From assembly GCA_030141605.1 (NCBI GenBank), contig JAQGDQ010000386.1, forward strand, positions 62,001-126,000: a stretch of DNA of 64,000 bases, read 5' to 3'. Below are positions 1 through 28,230 of the stretch, in pieces. Each line of letters starts with the position of its first letter. Within the stretch, counting starts at the first letter, position 1. The notes beneath the pieces are model-generated. The model saw only the letters and a program-made list of their open reading frames with translations, was not told where the DNA came from and did no database searches. The stretch comes from Tubiluchus corallicola (lineage: Eukaryota; Animalia; Priapulida). The translations under genes and the position numbers were made by a program.

Positions 1-79
1 AGTTTTAACGCCACAAGATCGTATAATCATAATCAATAAAATCACTGTTAAAACATATTTAACCACATAAAACATATAT

Positions 80-592
80 AATAATTATTATTATTATTTT
101 GTCTGATGTATAGATCGCCGCAAATGGTGCCGCCGTCGAAGCTGTAGCCTCGAATCTTATATATATATAAAGCCCATACCAGCGAAATTAATATATAGAC
201 TAGCAAAGGCCCCGCAAAAGATTTTGCGTATAAATACACGTGTAATCAATAATACGCGAACGTCCTACCTAGTCCTCATGTACAACGAAAGCCCGTAACA
301 TCATGCCTACTGTTTGTTTAACTAATGCAAAGCCTGTAGCTTTTACTGAATTAAACTTATAGGCAGAGTACAGCAGGCAGCTTTTACTGAAGCAGAGTAC
401 AATGGATGACGTCAGCACAATGGAATGCATCAGCAGTTTTCTAAGCGAAAATTGTCGAAAAATTGCCGAAAATAGAACACCTAATTAACTCGTTGATACT
501 CCTCTCGGTGGACCTGCCCTAAAATATAACCCACATCATCGTGTTGCCCAGTTCTTCCTCTTTCTAAAGAGCTATATATCTCCTTCCGAGAG
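80..592 (-). mobile_element. Non-autonomous Helitron-like element, copy 1 (5'-truncated)
   Basis: Near-identical to 3175-3686. On the minus strand the hairpin CGCAAAA-TC-TTTTGCG lies ~9 nt before CTAG|T (CTAG at 200-203), the canonical Helitron 3' end. Confidence 0.6.
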
Positions 593-773
593 CTTTAACG
601 TCACAAGATCGTATAATCATAATCAATAAAATCACTGTTAAAACATATTTAACCACCATGATAAGATTCTGTAAAGAATGAACTATGGAAACCAAGGACA
701 AGAGCTGTGACAATTTATGAAAAAATACCAAAATTAAAAAACACGGAAAACACACAACATTTCAAAACCATAC

Positions 774-17607
<16,834 letters not shown>

Positions 17608-18886
17608 TGAACAACAAATGATGTGGGGTTTGCCTCCCCTCTAAACACTGGCACATATTATTGTCGACATAACCAATATTGAACAGAAAATCATTTAAAT
17701 TGCCTTGACCTATAAGAAATGTGCAGGCTAAACCTCAAGTTTTCTATTGCCTCTCTGTACTGGAATATTCAAGGGAGCTGTACTTACGTGACAACGTAGA
17801 ATGTAATTAATAAATACTAAACAATAATAGGAACTTTATGTTCTTATTTTTTGATAAAAATTATATGATAATGTAAAAATGTAGTGGTACGATGGTAACT
17901 ATTTGAAATGATGCACCTCAAATAAATATTTTTTACTATGTAGTAATTCTTATACCAAACCTTCGTCCATAAAAAAGGAATCACGAAGAATCCCAATTGA
18001 GATAGGGATAAGAAGGGAGTAGACCCCAAAAGAGCACATGTGAAACACAGTCAGGAAAAAGAGCTAGGTGGAGACTGCTGTACCATGCACAAATTTCAGC
18101 AATTAATTGCTTACCAATTAATGTGTTATAAAAGACAGTCAGATGACGTCAACTCAGAGTAAAACATATCCATTAACAACACCGTAATTATCAGGCATAA
18201 TGCAAAAGGCACTGTTTCTATAAAGTGTTTAAAGTTTTCCAAAATTTGTGGCAATGTTGTTTCTACAAAAGTGAGAATTAAATTTTTTGACAAAAACAGT
18301 AGCCTCCTAATTTGCAAAAATAGGTAGGAGTTTTTACAAAAAAATGATATTTTGTAAACATGGCATGTTTTTTTTTTACAAAAGTGGTTAAGATTTATAC
18401 AATATTAGTGACCCAGTTTTTTGACAAAAATAATAGCTTGTGCTTGTTCAACAGTGGACAGGATTTTTTTTACAAAATTGGGGGCATGTTTATTAAAGTG
18501 ATATTTCGATTTTTACAAAAGCAGTGAGCTTCTACAAACTTAGTAATTTTTACAATCCAGGTTGCAACAACATTAAGCATTCGCAGATTTGACTTTTGAG
18601 TTTTACGCGTTAAACTTTTTTGATAGGAGAGGCAAAATTTAACAGTAAGTTCTCACGTAAGCTACCACACGACAGAAGTAAATACACATATATATTTATA
18701 AATATAGTTATATATACAAATATAAATATACATATAACTATACATGCAAAGTAAGCAATTTATTGTCATTATGTTATAGTACGTATAATGATAATAAAGA
18801 AGTCTCTGGAGTTTTATGTACTACAGAAAAAAAAAATTATACACATAAATTCATTCAGCTGTCAACATAAGCATTATTAAAAAAAA

Positions 18887-18988
<102 letters not shown>

Positions 18989-19295
18989 CAGTGATAAAGA
19001 GAATATTGCAAATTTACCAAAATTTACTGCAGACAGTACAAACCGTGACAAGATAGAAAGAATTTAAAGTTATTGTAGTTTTAGCATTAATTGAATGGTA
19101 CATCTGTGGTCAGACAGGAACATTTCAAAAATGTATTGCCTGGATGACATTCATCATTAATGACAACTTGCGCTCTCTTTACACTCTCACTTCGTACTAA
19201 TGTGCCATAGGTCCCTCAATTACGATAATATTTGAAGTGGATTTATCAACCTGATTAAGAGCATAGCGATCTCACTGAGTGGTAGTACCACACAA

Positions 19296-19810
19296 GGACA
19301 AGAAAAAGACCTTCAGACAAGGTCCCTGAAGTAGATTTCAGAAATATCGCCTCAAAAATTATATTACTCTACAGGACATTTAAGCGTATCTCGTACTCGT
19401 GTTGAAAGGATTTTTATTTGTTTTCATTTTAAATCTCCGCAATATTGTTCTGGTCGTGCTACTACATGACGCTAAGTATGCATAATGTTATTCAGAGGAA
19501 AAAAAATAGTAAACTATGTCCCAAAAAACTTTCCATGCAAAGTTATACTACTTAGCATTTCACTTACCTGCTTGAAAGACTTATATAACTAGAAAAGAAA
19601 ATATTTAATTATTTAACATGTTTTCACTGGTCAGTATAATGTCGTTGACTCACTTCCAGGGTGCACCACTCACTAACCAAGAAACATATTTTTAATCTTA
19701 TTGACAACATACGGTAATTTAAAATTTTGCTTAGTTAGTGACATATGCGCTACTAACGCTCTTATTATTTTTTCAAAGCTTACTCAGTGTTAACTAAACT
19801 TGTTTGGAAT
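19296..19810. repeat. Dispersed repeat family; copies at ~2409-2545 and ~60492-60945
   Basis: ggacaagaa...tttaaatctcc shared by all three copies; ccagggtgcaccactcactaac shared by the two longer copies. Confidence 0.75.
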
Positions 19811-19859
19811 GACATCACCAAGATGTCTGCATCTAAAGGTCACCGTGGGAGTTCAAACA

Positions 19860-20210
19860 TCCAAGTATCGAGAACAAAAGTGGAAGTGCACCACGGGTAG
19901 TGCCATTTACGGCTTAAGCTTGCTGGGTAACAAGCTTACATAGGTTGCAGTCTGGCCGTGACTTCTTACTGGCAGAGGCTGACCACGCAGCCTCTCAGAC
20001 TGATAGCAAAGTCGTACTCCTACCCTCTCGGGGTGCCAACCGGCCATATTCCAGCGACAAATGGCTAAAAGGAGACGCATATGCCCCATGGCGACCCAAC
20101 TTGTCGCACAGTTGGGTAGGGGAGAAAAAACAGCCAAGCCGCTGGGTTCCAGCTTTGGACCCCTCCACTTTAGGCTGACTACCTTTAGTGGCAGAAACAG
20201 TTATCAGTTG
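19860..20210 (+). mobile_element. GC-rich, structured segment resembling the 5' UTR of an RTE-clade LINE
   Basis: ccccatggcg..gggtaggggag..ccag..taggctgactacc resembles, from memory, RTE 5'-UTR layouts; several hairpins; no ORF follows. Confidence 0.4.
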
Positions 20211-21409
20211 GCAAAAATGACAACAGTGCTACTGCCGATGTAAGGCAAGTATGTAAAAAGGCAGTATGTAAGTGGTACAAAATTTCAAGACTCATTTTTT
20301 AATCTTTATGCAGGTGAATAAGTTTCTTGTGTAAATCAAAAGTCAAGTCTCTTGGGAAGTTGTGCTTACTGTAATATTTGAGAAAAATGGTAGAAAGTTT
20401 CAGTAATGAAATTGTGATAAGCGCCTCGTGTAATTAAAAATTTCAATTTGAAATTGCGATGACTTCACGCGTTGGTGCGCTCATTTTATTAAAAAATGGC
20501 GTCATCTGGCAATATAAACCGTTTTTCTGCCAGGTGCTTCAGCAATCTTTTTTTGACTTATAGAGCAAACTCTGCAACTAAGTAACCCACCTGGTACCTG
20601 CCGTATGCTAGCAAGTTTACACGTGTATCTGGAAGTTAACAAAAGTCTGTAAATTAATTACATTTACGCAATTAATGTATTCTACTTACATATTTTATGG
20701 TATAATCCTGTGGGGTTAAAGCTATGTAACCAGTTTAGTCTTCGTCATAATTGATCAAATGACTAATTTTTACATAAACACAGTTAAATACAATGCTAGA
20801 ATAACTGAACTTTTTTTATATTTTTAAGCAAAGCATTCTATGTGCATATATTGTGTGGTGGTGATTTCAATATTTTTAATTGTATATTAAAATGCAATAA
20901 ATGTTGTTCGAGGGTTGGTTCTTCCTTTAAGACTGTCAATAAAAACTCATTATCCACCAAGTGCAACGTTAAATTACTTAAGTTGTCTTAAAAAATATAG
21001 GTGCTGGCAATTAGCTTCTGATTTAAGATCATGTGAGATTTTTGTTTGCAAAAATTTGAAACCCCTAATAATTTCTATGGCTGTATTATTTATAAGTAAA
21101 AGTACTTCTTCACCAGGCTCTTCTAAAATTAAGGGTAATTTCTTGTTTTTGAAACATTCAGTACTAAATTATTCAGTTTTGAACTAAATTTTGAACTTCC
21201 AAAAAATATTTACATTCGTTGTTATTGAAAATAAAGCAAGAGTGGTATCATTTACAATTTTTTCATTATAGTATTTGGGGGAAAATACTTCACAGTTACT
21301 GAGTTATATACATGTAAATAAAGTGTGCAGCATTAGTGACAGCTGGACACAGCCATGCAAAGTTCCTGTATTAAGAACTTCTGAAGCTGAGAAAATGATA
21401 CTATTGCCG

Positions 21410-21790
21410 TTACTTAGCCTTACTATCTGTGAGCATCGCGCCAAAGAATTCGAAGTATGAAGTTACATAGCCATCCAGGTACGTTCCGTCATTTATTACA
21501 ATTCGCGGCATGGTACTAGTATTGAAAGCTAAAACGAACTCAACAAAACTGATTCTGGCATAACAGTTATGCTGATCAAAGCGCGTTAATACATAATGAG
21601 CAAAAAGAGCTACAGCGTCATCTATGAAACGATTAGCACGATATACAAATTGAAATGGGCCAAAAATCGTGAAACAGATTTCTGGAACTGTGAGACCAGA
21701 CATACTGTTTTGCTCAATGCTTGTGTCAAGGCTACGGGCCTATAGTCATTCAGTATAGTATCCATGCTTCTTTCTAGTGCACAGGTAATG
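21410..21790 (-). pseudogene. Rex1/Babar-like non-LTR reverse transcriptase fragment
   Basis: LNDYRPVALT ... FQFVYRANRFIDDAVAL..HYVL..DQHNCYARISFVEFVLAFNT. Confidence 0.8.
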
Positions 21791-22939
21791 GTCGATTGCC
21801 TAGGCTAAATTAGTGTTTAGAGATTTTACAAAATGCTGGTAAGTAAAGAAGCCTAAAGGTCGAAATAACTAAAATACATATTATAAAGCAGCTAATAACA
21901 ATTATAAAAGACACTCGTTCTCGTACCTTGCTCGGTTACTAAACTCCACATGTCGTAATTTAAAAAAATTAAAATTGAAAATTCCAGCAGAAAACGGGAA
22001 CCAACAATATGACAGAGATAATCACCAGGCAACGGAAAGCCGCGTCAACACAGTAAAGCTAGCGTTTGACTTTAAGGCAGTGACTTGTACTCAGACCGGT
22101 TTTATTTCCTCTTACATTTTAACTAATGTATTACATAATAATGTATTGTTATTTAAATCTTCGCTAGCGAGATTGAAGCAATACATACATGAGCAGCTGA
22201 AATCGTATAACGGTAATAAGCCTCTCATATGAAGATAGTCGTAGTATTAAAAATCATTAAGAAATATGATAATAATTTCGTATACTGGTGGTAAAATATG
22301 AAGTAAAACATGCAAGGAAAAAATTGCGAAAATTGTATATATATATCGTTGCTGGATGTGAAGTGAGTTATTCTCCTAAGATATAGTAGACGTATTTATG
22401 CATGGGATAATTAATGTAATTTTGTGGTATAGTACAAAGGCATCAGTGAATTTCGAATTTGAATGGGTAAAGGTTATGTAAGTTTATTAAATAAAAACGC
22501 CAATATAATGTCTTTATAACATGTCCAGGCTGAAAATCCAGTCATATTTCTTACTGTGTAGTTGAAGAGATGGCACCATCAAATGGTGAATACGTTTACT
22601 ATTACACATATCTAAATTAGTGACAGATCGACTTGATCATGGGAATAAGCTTTTCGAGTTAAGATACTAATTCATTTTTTATTTTCCCAAAAATGAAGAT
22701 AAACCATACATGTCTAGTAATGATAAGGGGAGTAAGTGTTGGAATGGAAGTGGTGCTGACAAGCCACTGGCGTAGCAGTGTCTAGTTTTTTTTGCTGGAT
22801 TACTGCTGCGTTCACCTGTCTGAAGTCAGATTTCTTTTATTTTAGAATGCTGCCTGCCCAATGTCTACAATAGACATAGCAGGCGTATGATCATGGTGAT
22901 AAGAGTTGTAAAAAATTCAATACTGGATTCCCAGAAGTT

Positions 22940-25150
22940 CCTGAAATTAAACTTTAAATCGTGATAGCATGTTATCTTAGTGAAATTCTTAATCTATTTT
23001 AAATGAGTTATGGTGATCATAGTTTGATGCAATAGGCAAACCAAGTCAATAGTCAAAAACCAAAGTGGTTTAATAATGAAATAAAATTGAAACTTAGGCA
23101 TAAGAAAGCTGCTTGGAGAAAGTATCAAAGAACAGCTTCCCGTGCCAACTATGAAAGATACTCTTGAACTAGGAATGATGTTACAACATTAGTTAGATCA
23201 GCAAGAAGAAACTTTGAGCAAAAACTGTCGGAAGAATGTAGCAGTAATCCTACAGCCTTCTGGGCATATGTAAATTCTAACTTAATGAAAAAAGAAAGGG
23301 TAAGACCCTTAAAAAGAGAAGATGGTAGCATTGCCACTACTGATCAAGAACAGGCTAATGAATTACAGAATTTTTTCACATCTGTCTATACAAACGAAGA
23401 TACAAGCCAAATTCCTCAGCTACTACCAGTAACCGAGTATAAACTTGATGTGTGTAGTATCAGTGAATTAGAACTTAGTAAAAAATGTAGGTCAACAAAT
23501 CTATGGGGCCCGATGAAATTCGTGCAAGTATAATTAAGAACAATGAAGATATCCTTATAAGACCAATGCTACAGATAATGAACCAAAGTTTATCCAGTGG
23601 TATATAACCACCGAGTTGGAAAATGGCCAGAGTTTCTGCTATCCATAGAAAAGGTGAAAGAGACTTAGCAAAAAATTACAGACCTTCCTGCCTGACATCA
23701 GTTGTTTGTAAATTGCTAGAAGGAATACTAAGGGAGAAAATCTACAACTTCATCACTGAACATAATCTCATTTGTGATAGTCCACACAGCTTCAGAACTG
23801 GCAGATCTTGTACTACCAATTTATTAGTTTCTCTTGAAGAATGGATGGATTTACTTGAGAACAAAGGCGAAGTTGATGTCATCTATTACGATTTTTTAAA
23901 AGCATTTGATCGAGTACCCCATCTGAGACTTCTTCAAAAGCTTGAAACATACGGAATATGTGGTCACCTGCTAACATGGATTAATAGTTTTCTCTGTGGA
24001 AGAAGACAATGTGTAGTAGTTAATGGGCAAGAATCAGAATGGGCAAATGTGACCAGTGGCATAAAACAGGGAGGTGTGCTTGGACCTATTTTATTCACTA
24101 ATTACATAAATGATCTTCCTGAAGTTTTCAATTGCGGTAAGAGCCTGTTTGCAGATGACACTAAAATATATGGTAAAGCATGCTGCCTGGATGATTTTGA
24201 GGTCATGCAGAATAATATTAATTATGCCGACCAATGGTGTCGCCAATGGCAAATGGAATTTAACACCAAAAATATAAGCTCTTGACTGTTGGAAGGCATG
24301 GTACTGCAGGTCGTACATATAAAATGGCACATGGACAAGGTTTTAAAGAAATTATAAGCGTCACAGAAGAAAAAGATCTGGGTATTACCATCGACAGTAT
24401 GCTCAATTTTCAAACACATATAAACAATGTTGTCAATAAAGCACATGGAAGACTGACATTGATCAAATGTAGTTTCTCTTACCTTGACAGATCTATGGTG
24501 ACCAAGCTATATAAATCAATGGTTCGTCCTATTTTGGATTATGGTGATGTGATTTGGAGCCCAAATCGTCAAGACATGATAAGGAAAATTGAAAGTATAC
24601 AACATCGAGCTACTAGACTTGTACCTGCCATTTCTCATTTACCATATGTTGCAAGACTTAAGATTCTGGGCCTTACAACTCTGAAGTACAGACGCAAAAG
24701 ACAAGTTTAATCCAAACATTCCGTTTTCTTAATGGCATAGAAACCATCAACAGTGAAATATTTTTCCACCGACAGACATATCATGGTACCAGAGGTCACT
24801 CCTACAAAATCAAGAAGAGAACAGTTCCCCAAACTGGTGGAGTAGAAGAAGATTCACATTCGCAAGGCGAGTAATTAATGAGTGGAACACGCTGCCTGAC
24901 CATGTAGTTCAAGCATCCAATCCTGCCCAGTTTAAGTCTCGTCTCGATAGATATTGGAAAAACAATGCTGAAAAATATATAGACCCCAGGTTGCCACAAT
25001 GGCAACAAGAAACAATGTGCTTCGCTTCGTGATCGCAGTGTCGCCACCCATTATGAATTTTTAATATTGATAAAGTAAACAAGGAAGAGTGGAGAGGTTT
25101 ATAAGCTATTTATGCTTAACCTCTATCCTTCAACGTATTATTATTATGAT
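22940..25150 (+). mobile_element. 5'-truncated, frameshifted CR1-clade LINE (ORF2 RT)
   Basis: KPKWFNNEIK; NYRPSCLTSVVCKLLE; DFLKAFDRVPH; SGIKQGGVLGPILF; LFADDTKIY; EKDLGI; TRGHSYKI..RVINEWNTLP; (tat)n tail near 25140. Confidence 0.92.
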
Positions 25151-26459
25151 TGATATTAATGAAGATAGAATGCGAAAAATTCCTGATATATATTTTGTTT
25201 AGTATGAGCAGGGAGATGCATATTTTGAGCTTTACTCAGCAGTAACACATTAAACGATATAAGATTGAAAACCTAAACAATATGTTATAGAATAGAGGTT
25301 ATATTTGATACAAATGTTAATATGAGCTGGCAAAATTTAATGTACTTTTGCTTAACGGAGAAAATGAATTTTGATGCAGTGTAAATTGGAAGAGGGCACA
25401 ACGGTTTAACTTGGCTTAAAGATGATTGCAGTACAGTTTTATATAGAAACAGAACTGAACATCCATAATGATGTATATAGATAGGAGTAATAAGCGTGGA
25501 CCTGAATTAAACTTTTTGCTGGTGCTAAAAATTTATTTTTAATAATAGACATAAAACTTAATTGTCCTTAGTTAAAAAAAGAGATGGGGCAAGCTGGATC
25601 TTTGTCAGCTAGGTTTATTCAAAGATAGAATTTCATACGCCTATTCCTCTGCAAATAAACTTCCCTTAGATGTAATGTAAGTAAGCAGGTTCAAGTTATG
25701 AAAAAGTAGGGATTGAGGTCTCTTGGAAATCTGATCGAGAGACCTGGAGCTGTTGCTGTCATGGAGACAAGGTGGTGGTAGCTAACAGAAATCGAGAGTT
25801 GGCTTTTGGGAATTTAACTTGAGTGGAGGCTCCAGACGGATAGCGAAGTCATTAACGGGTTTCATTAAGCAGCTGACAAAAAAACACTGGCTAAACATTG
25901 CATAAAACTAGGTCAAGATATTGCATGTTTAGGCAGCTTGAGTGCGTTGCATTGGGAGCAATGAACAACCTTTGTTTTATTGTCATTCTAACTGAAGTTG
26001 TGCATCTGTCCGCACCTGGTCGGGTTTTTGGATTGAGGAAAAGCAGCCGAAATCCGAATCCTGGTCACATACCTCACGATGATTCCGAGTGTGATGTGGG
26101 TATAATTTGTGCTCTAAAGTCTGTGTTGTTTTGATCAATTTTTGTTTGGAATTCTTGAAAAAAACAGGTAGATGTGGTGAAACTTTCAAATACGTTGCAG
26201 TAAATACATTTTAATCTGCTTACTCAAATACAGTAGTGCGTAATTCAGGTGTAATTAACTAAGCATAATAAGTTGCAGAGGTAAAAATATTTCATAGCTT
26301 TTAACTTAAAAATAAATAAGCGACTAACAAACAGTAAAATTGTAGCAGACATGCACCCACTGGAGCTAAATAAGACTATTTATTACAACTTTATCAGCTT
26401 GTACAGTGGTTAAAATCTGGCATAAAGCCATGCTTGCTAGAATACACTAATCACATAAT

Positions 26460-26471
26460 CACACACGTACG

Positions 26472-26535
<64 letters not shown>
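26460..26535. repeat. (CA)n microsatellite
   Basis: Direct reading. Confidence 0.95.
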
Positions 26536-26536
<1 letters not shown>

Positions 26537-27124
26537 CCAAACCTGCAAAAACATTAAAATAAAATAAATTACTTTAGTAAATTTGCATCACAGAAGGTGT
26601 GAGAACTGTTTCAATGATATTATTTATTCATTAACTAATAATTTTCTTGGCTCGACTAATAATAGTCTCTTTACGAAGTACTAAGAATTGTTTTTCGTCT
26701 TGAAGCTGATCTATGCCATCTGACAGTGTGACAGCTTTATATAGGATCTGGAACTGACCCATCTTGCCAAGAAATGTGTCTCTCTAAGATACCAGTCTTA
26801 TGGCTTTCGTCAGCTATTTTATTGCTGCGTAGAAGGTCTGCTAGACTCTCAGCTTCAGTGAATTTTTTTTATCTCTCTCAGATCTGTGTTTTCACAGGTG
26901 TCCTTTGCTCTAGTTATGAGTTTAACTGTGTGGTCAAGTACTTCATAGTCAGTGGCTCTTTCGTCCCAGTTTTTCACAGCCATATTAAATGCTCTCATGA
27001 TGATCGTTCGAGACATATTCAACAGGTAAATTGCCGAGCTAAAATTAAATATAAAGAAATATGCAGGTCCAAACAAAGAGTGCGCATTTTGATAATTATA
27101 AAACTTGCCTCCACTCAGTAGCAA

Positions 27125-28230
27125 GTCCGTTAAACTTGTGAGTTAGTTCTTCCATGGTCGGAATATGATGGTAGGTACGCTTTAATGCTCGATTTAGATC
27201 TGTTGGGTCAAGGCATACTCGCAATCTTCCTTATGACTTACATGGGTATACAGTGCTAGACACCCAATAAGTTGGTTTGGTAACTGGTGTAATGACGCCC
27301 AGATTTTCCATTTCATCCAGCTCTGCTTTTATCTGTTTGCGAAGATGGATTGGGCATTTTCGTTGCGCATGAATGACAGGTGGAACATTCGGGTCAATCA
27401 TATATATATATATATTAATTCTTTATTTGTCATAAAAACGGCTCACTCATTACAATAAAATTGAGCTAGCCTCAGCGCAATGTTAAAACAACCACACTGT
27501 TTGTAAGTGTGGTAATCATAATGTGGTACTCGCCTTAAAATTTACCAATTCCCTGAAAACGGTCTGGGTATAACTCCAACAAGTCTTCTTTGTCATTGAT
27601 AGCTGTCTGCCTGGATATTCCACAGTTCAGTTCAACTAACTTAAGTGCTCGTGATGTTGGAAGGCCAAATATGGCAGGACCGTCCACATCTGCTACATGG
27701 AATGTTGCATCTGGACTTTTGTTCTTGTATTTGCACTTTATTATGCACACATCATATTGTGTAATTTGAGTACCATTGTATGCAGTCAGTGTTGTTTTAC
27801 TCGACTGTATTTCTTTGGGAAAACCACTAGCATCAAGTCTTTCAGGATATGTATGTGTATATTGCGTCTGTATATTCTTATAGGCAAAATATTTCCTTGT
27901 GCTCTCGTATCGACTTTAGCTTTTAAAAATGTTTTAACGTTTACCTTGTTAGGCAAAGCTATCTCTATTTTTGCAAAAACTTCGCCTCTGTGTGCATTGT
28001 CTGACTGAACACTTTGAAAAGTTAGTTCATCTGATTCATCATTAAATTGCACTGCATTGTTCTCAACTGAACGTTGTATATCTCTAGGCCGCGAAAATGA
28101 ACGCCTGCAGATTCTGCCTCGACTTTGACATCTTGGTTTTCTCATCTGCTTCTTATTCACGTCGTCACTTTGTCTATTGGACAAATCAGTTCTGCACATA
28201 TTTTTTCAGTGATTCATGCCATTGCACAAT
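27125..28230 (-). mobile_element. Ty3/Gypsy gag-end/protease/RT remnant
   Basis: CNGMNH*KNMCRT knuckle remnant; AKVDTRAQGNILP protease; YPDRFQGIGKF; IDPNVPPVIHAQRKCPIHLRKQIKAELDEMENLGVITPVTKPT.WVS; LRVCLDPTDLNRALKR. Interrupted at ~27400-27510. Confidence 0.85.

Noticed and set aside
25700-26200. NPNPGH motif suggesting a 2A-like peptide or LINE ORF2 start
   Set aside because: Lacks the D(V/I)ExNPGP consensus and no endonuclease follows.
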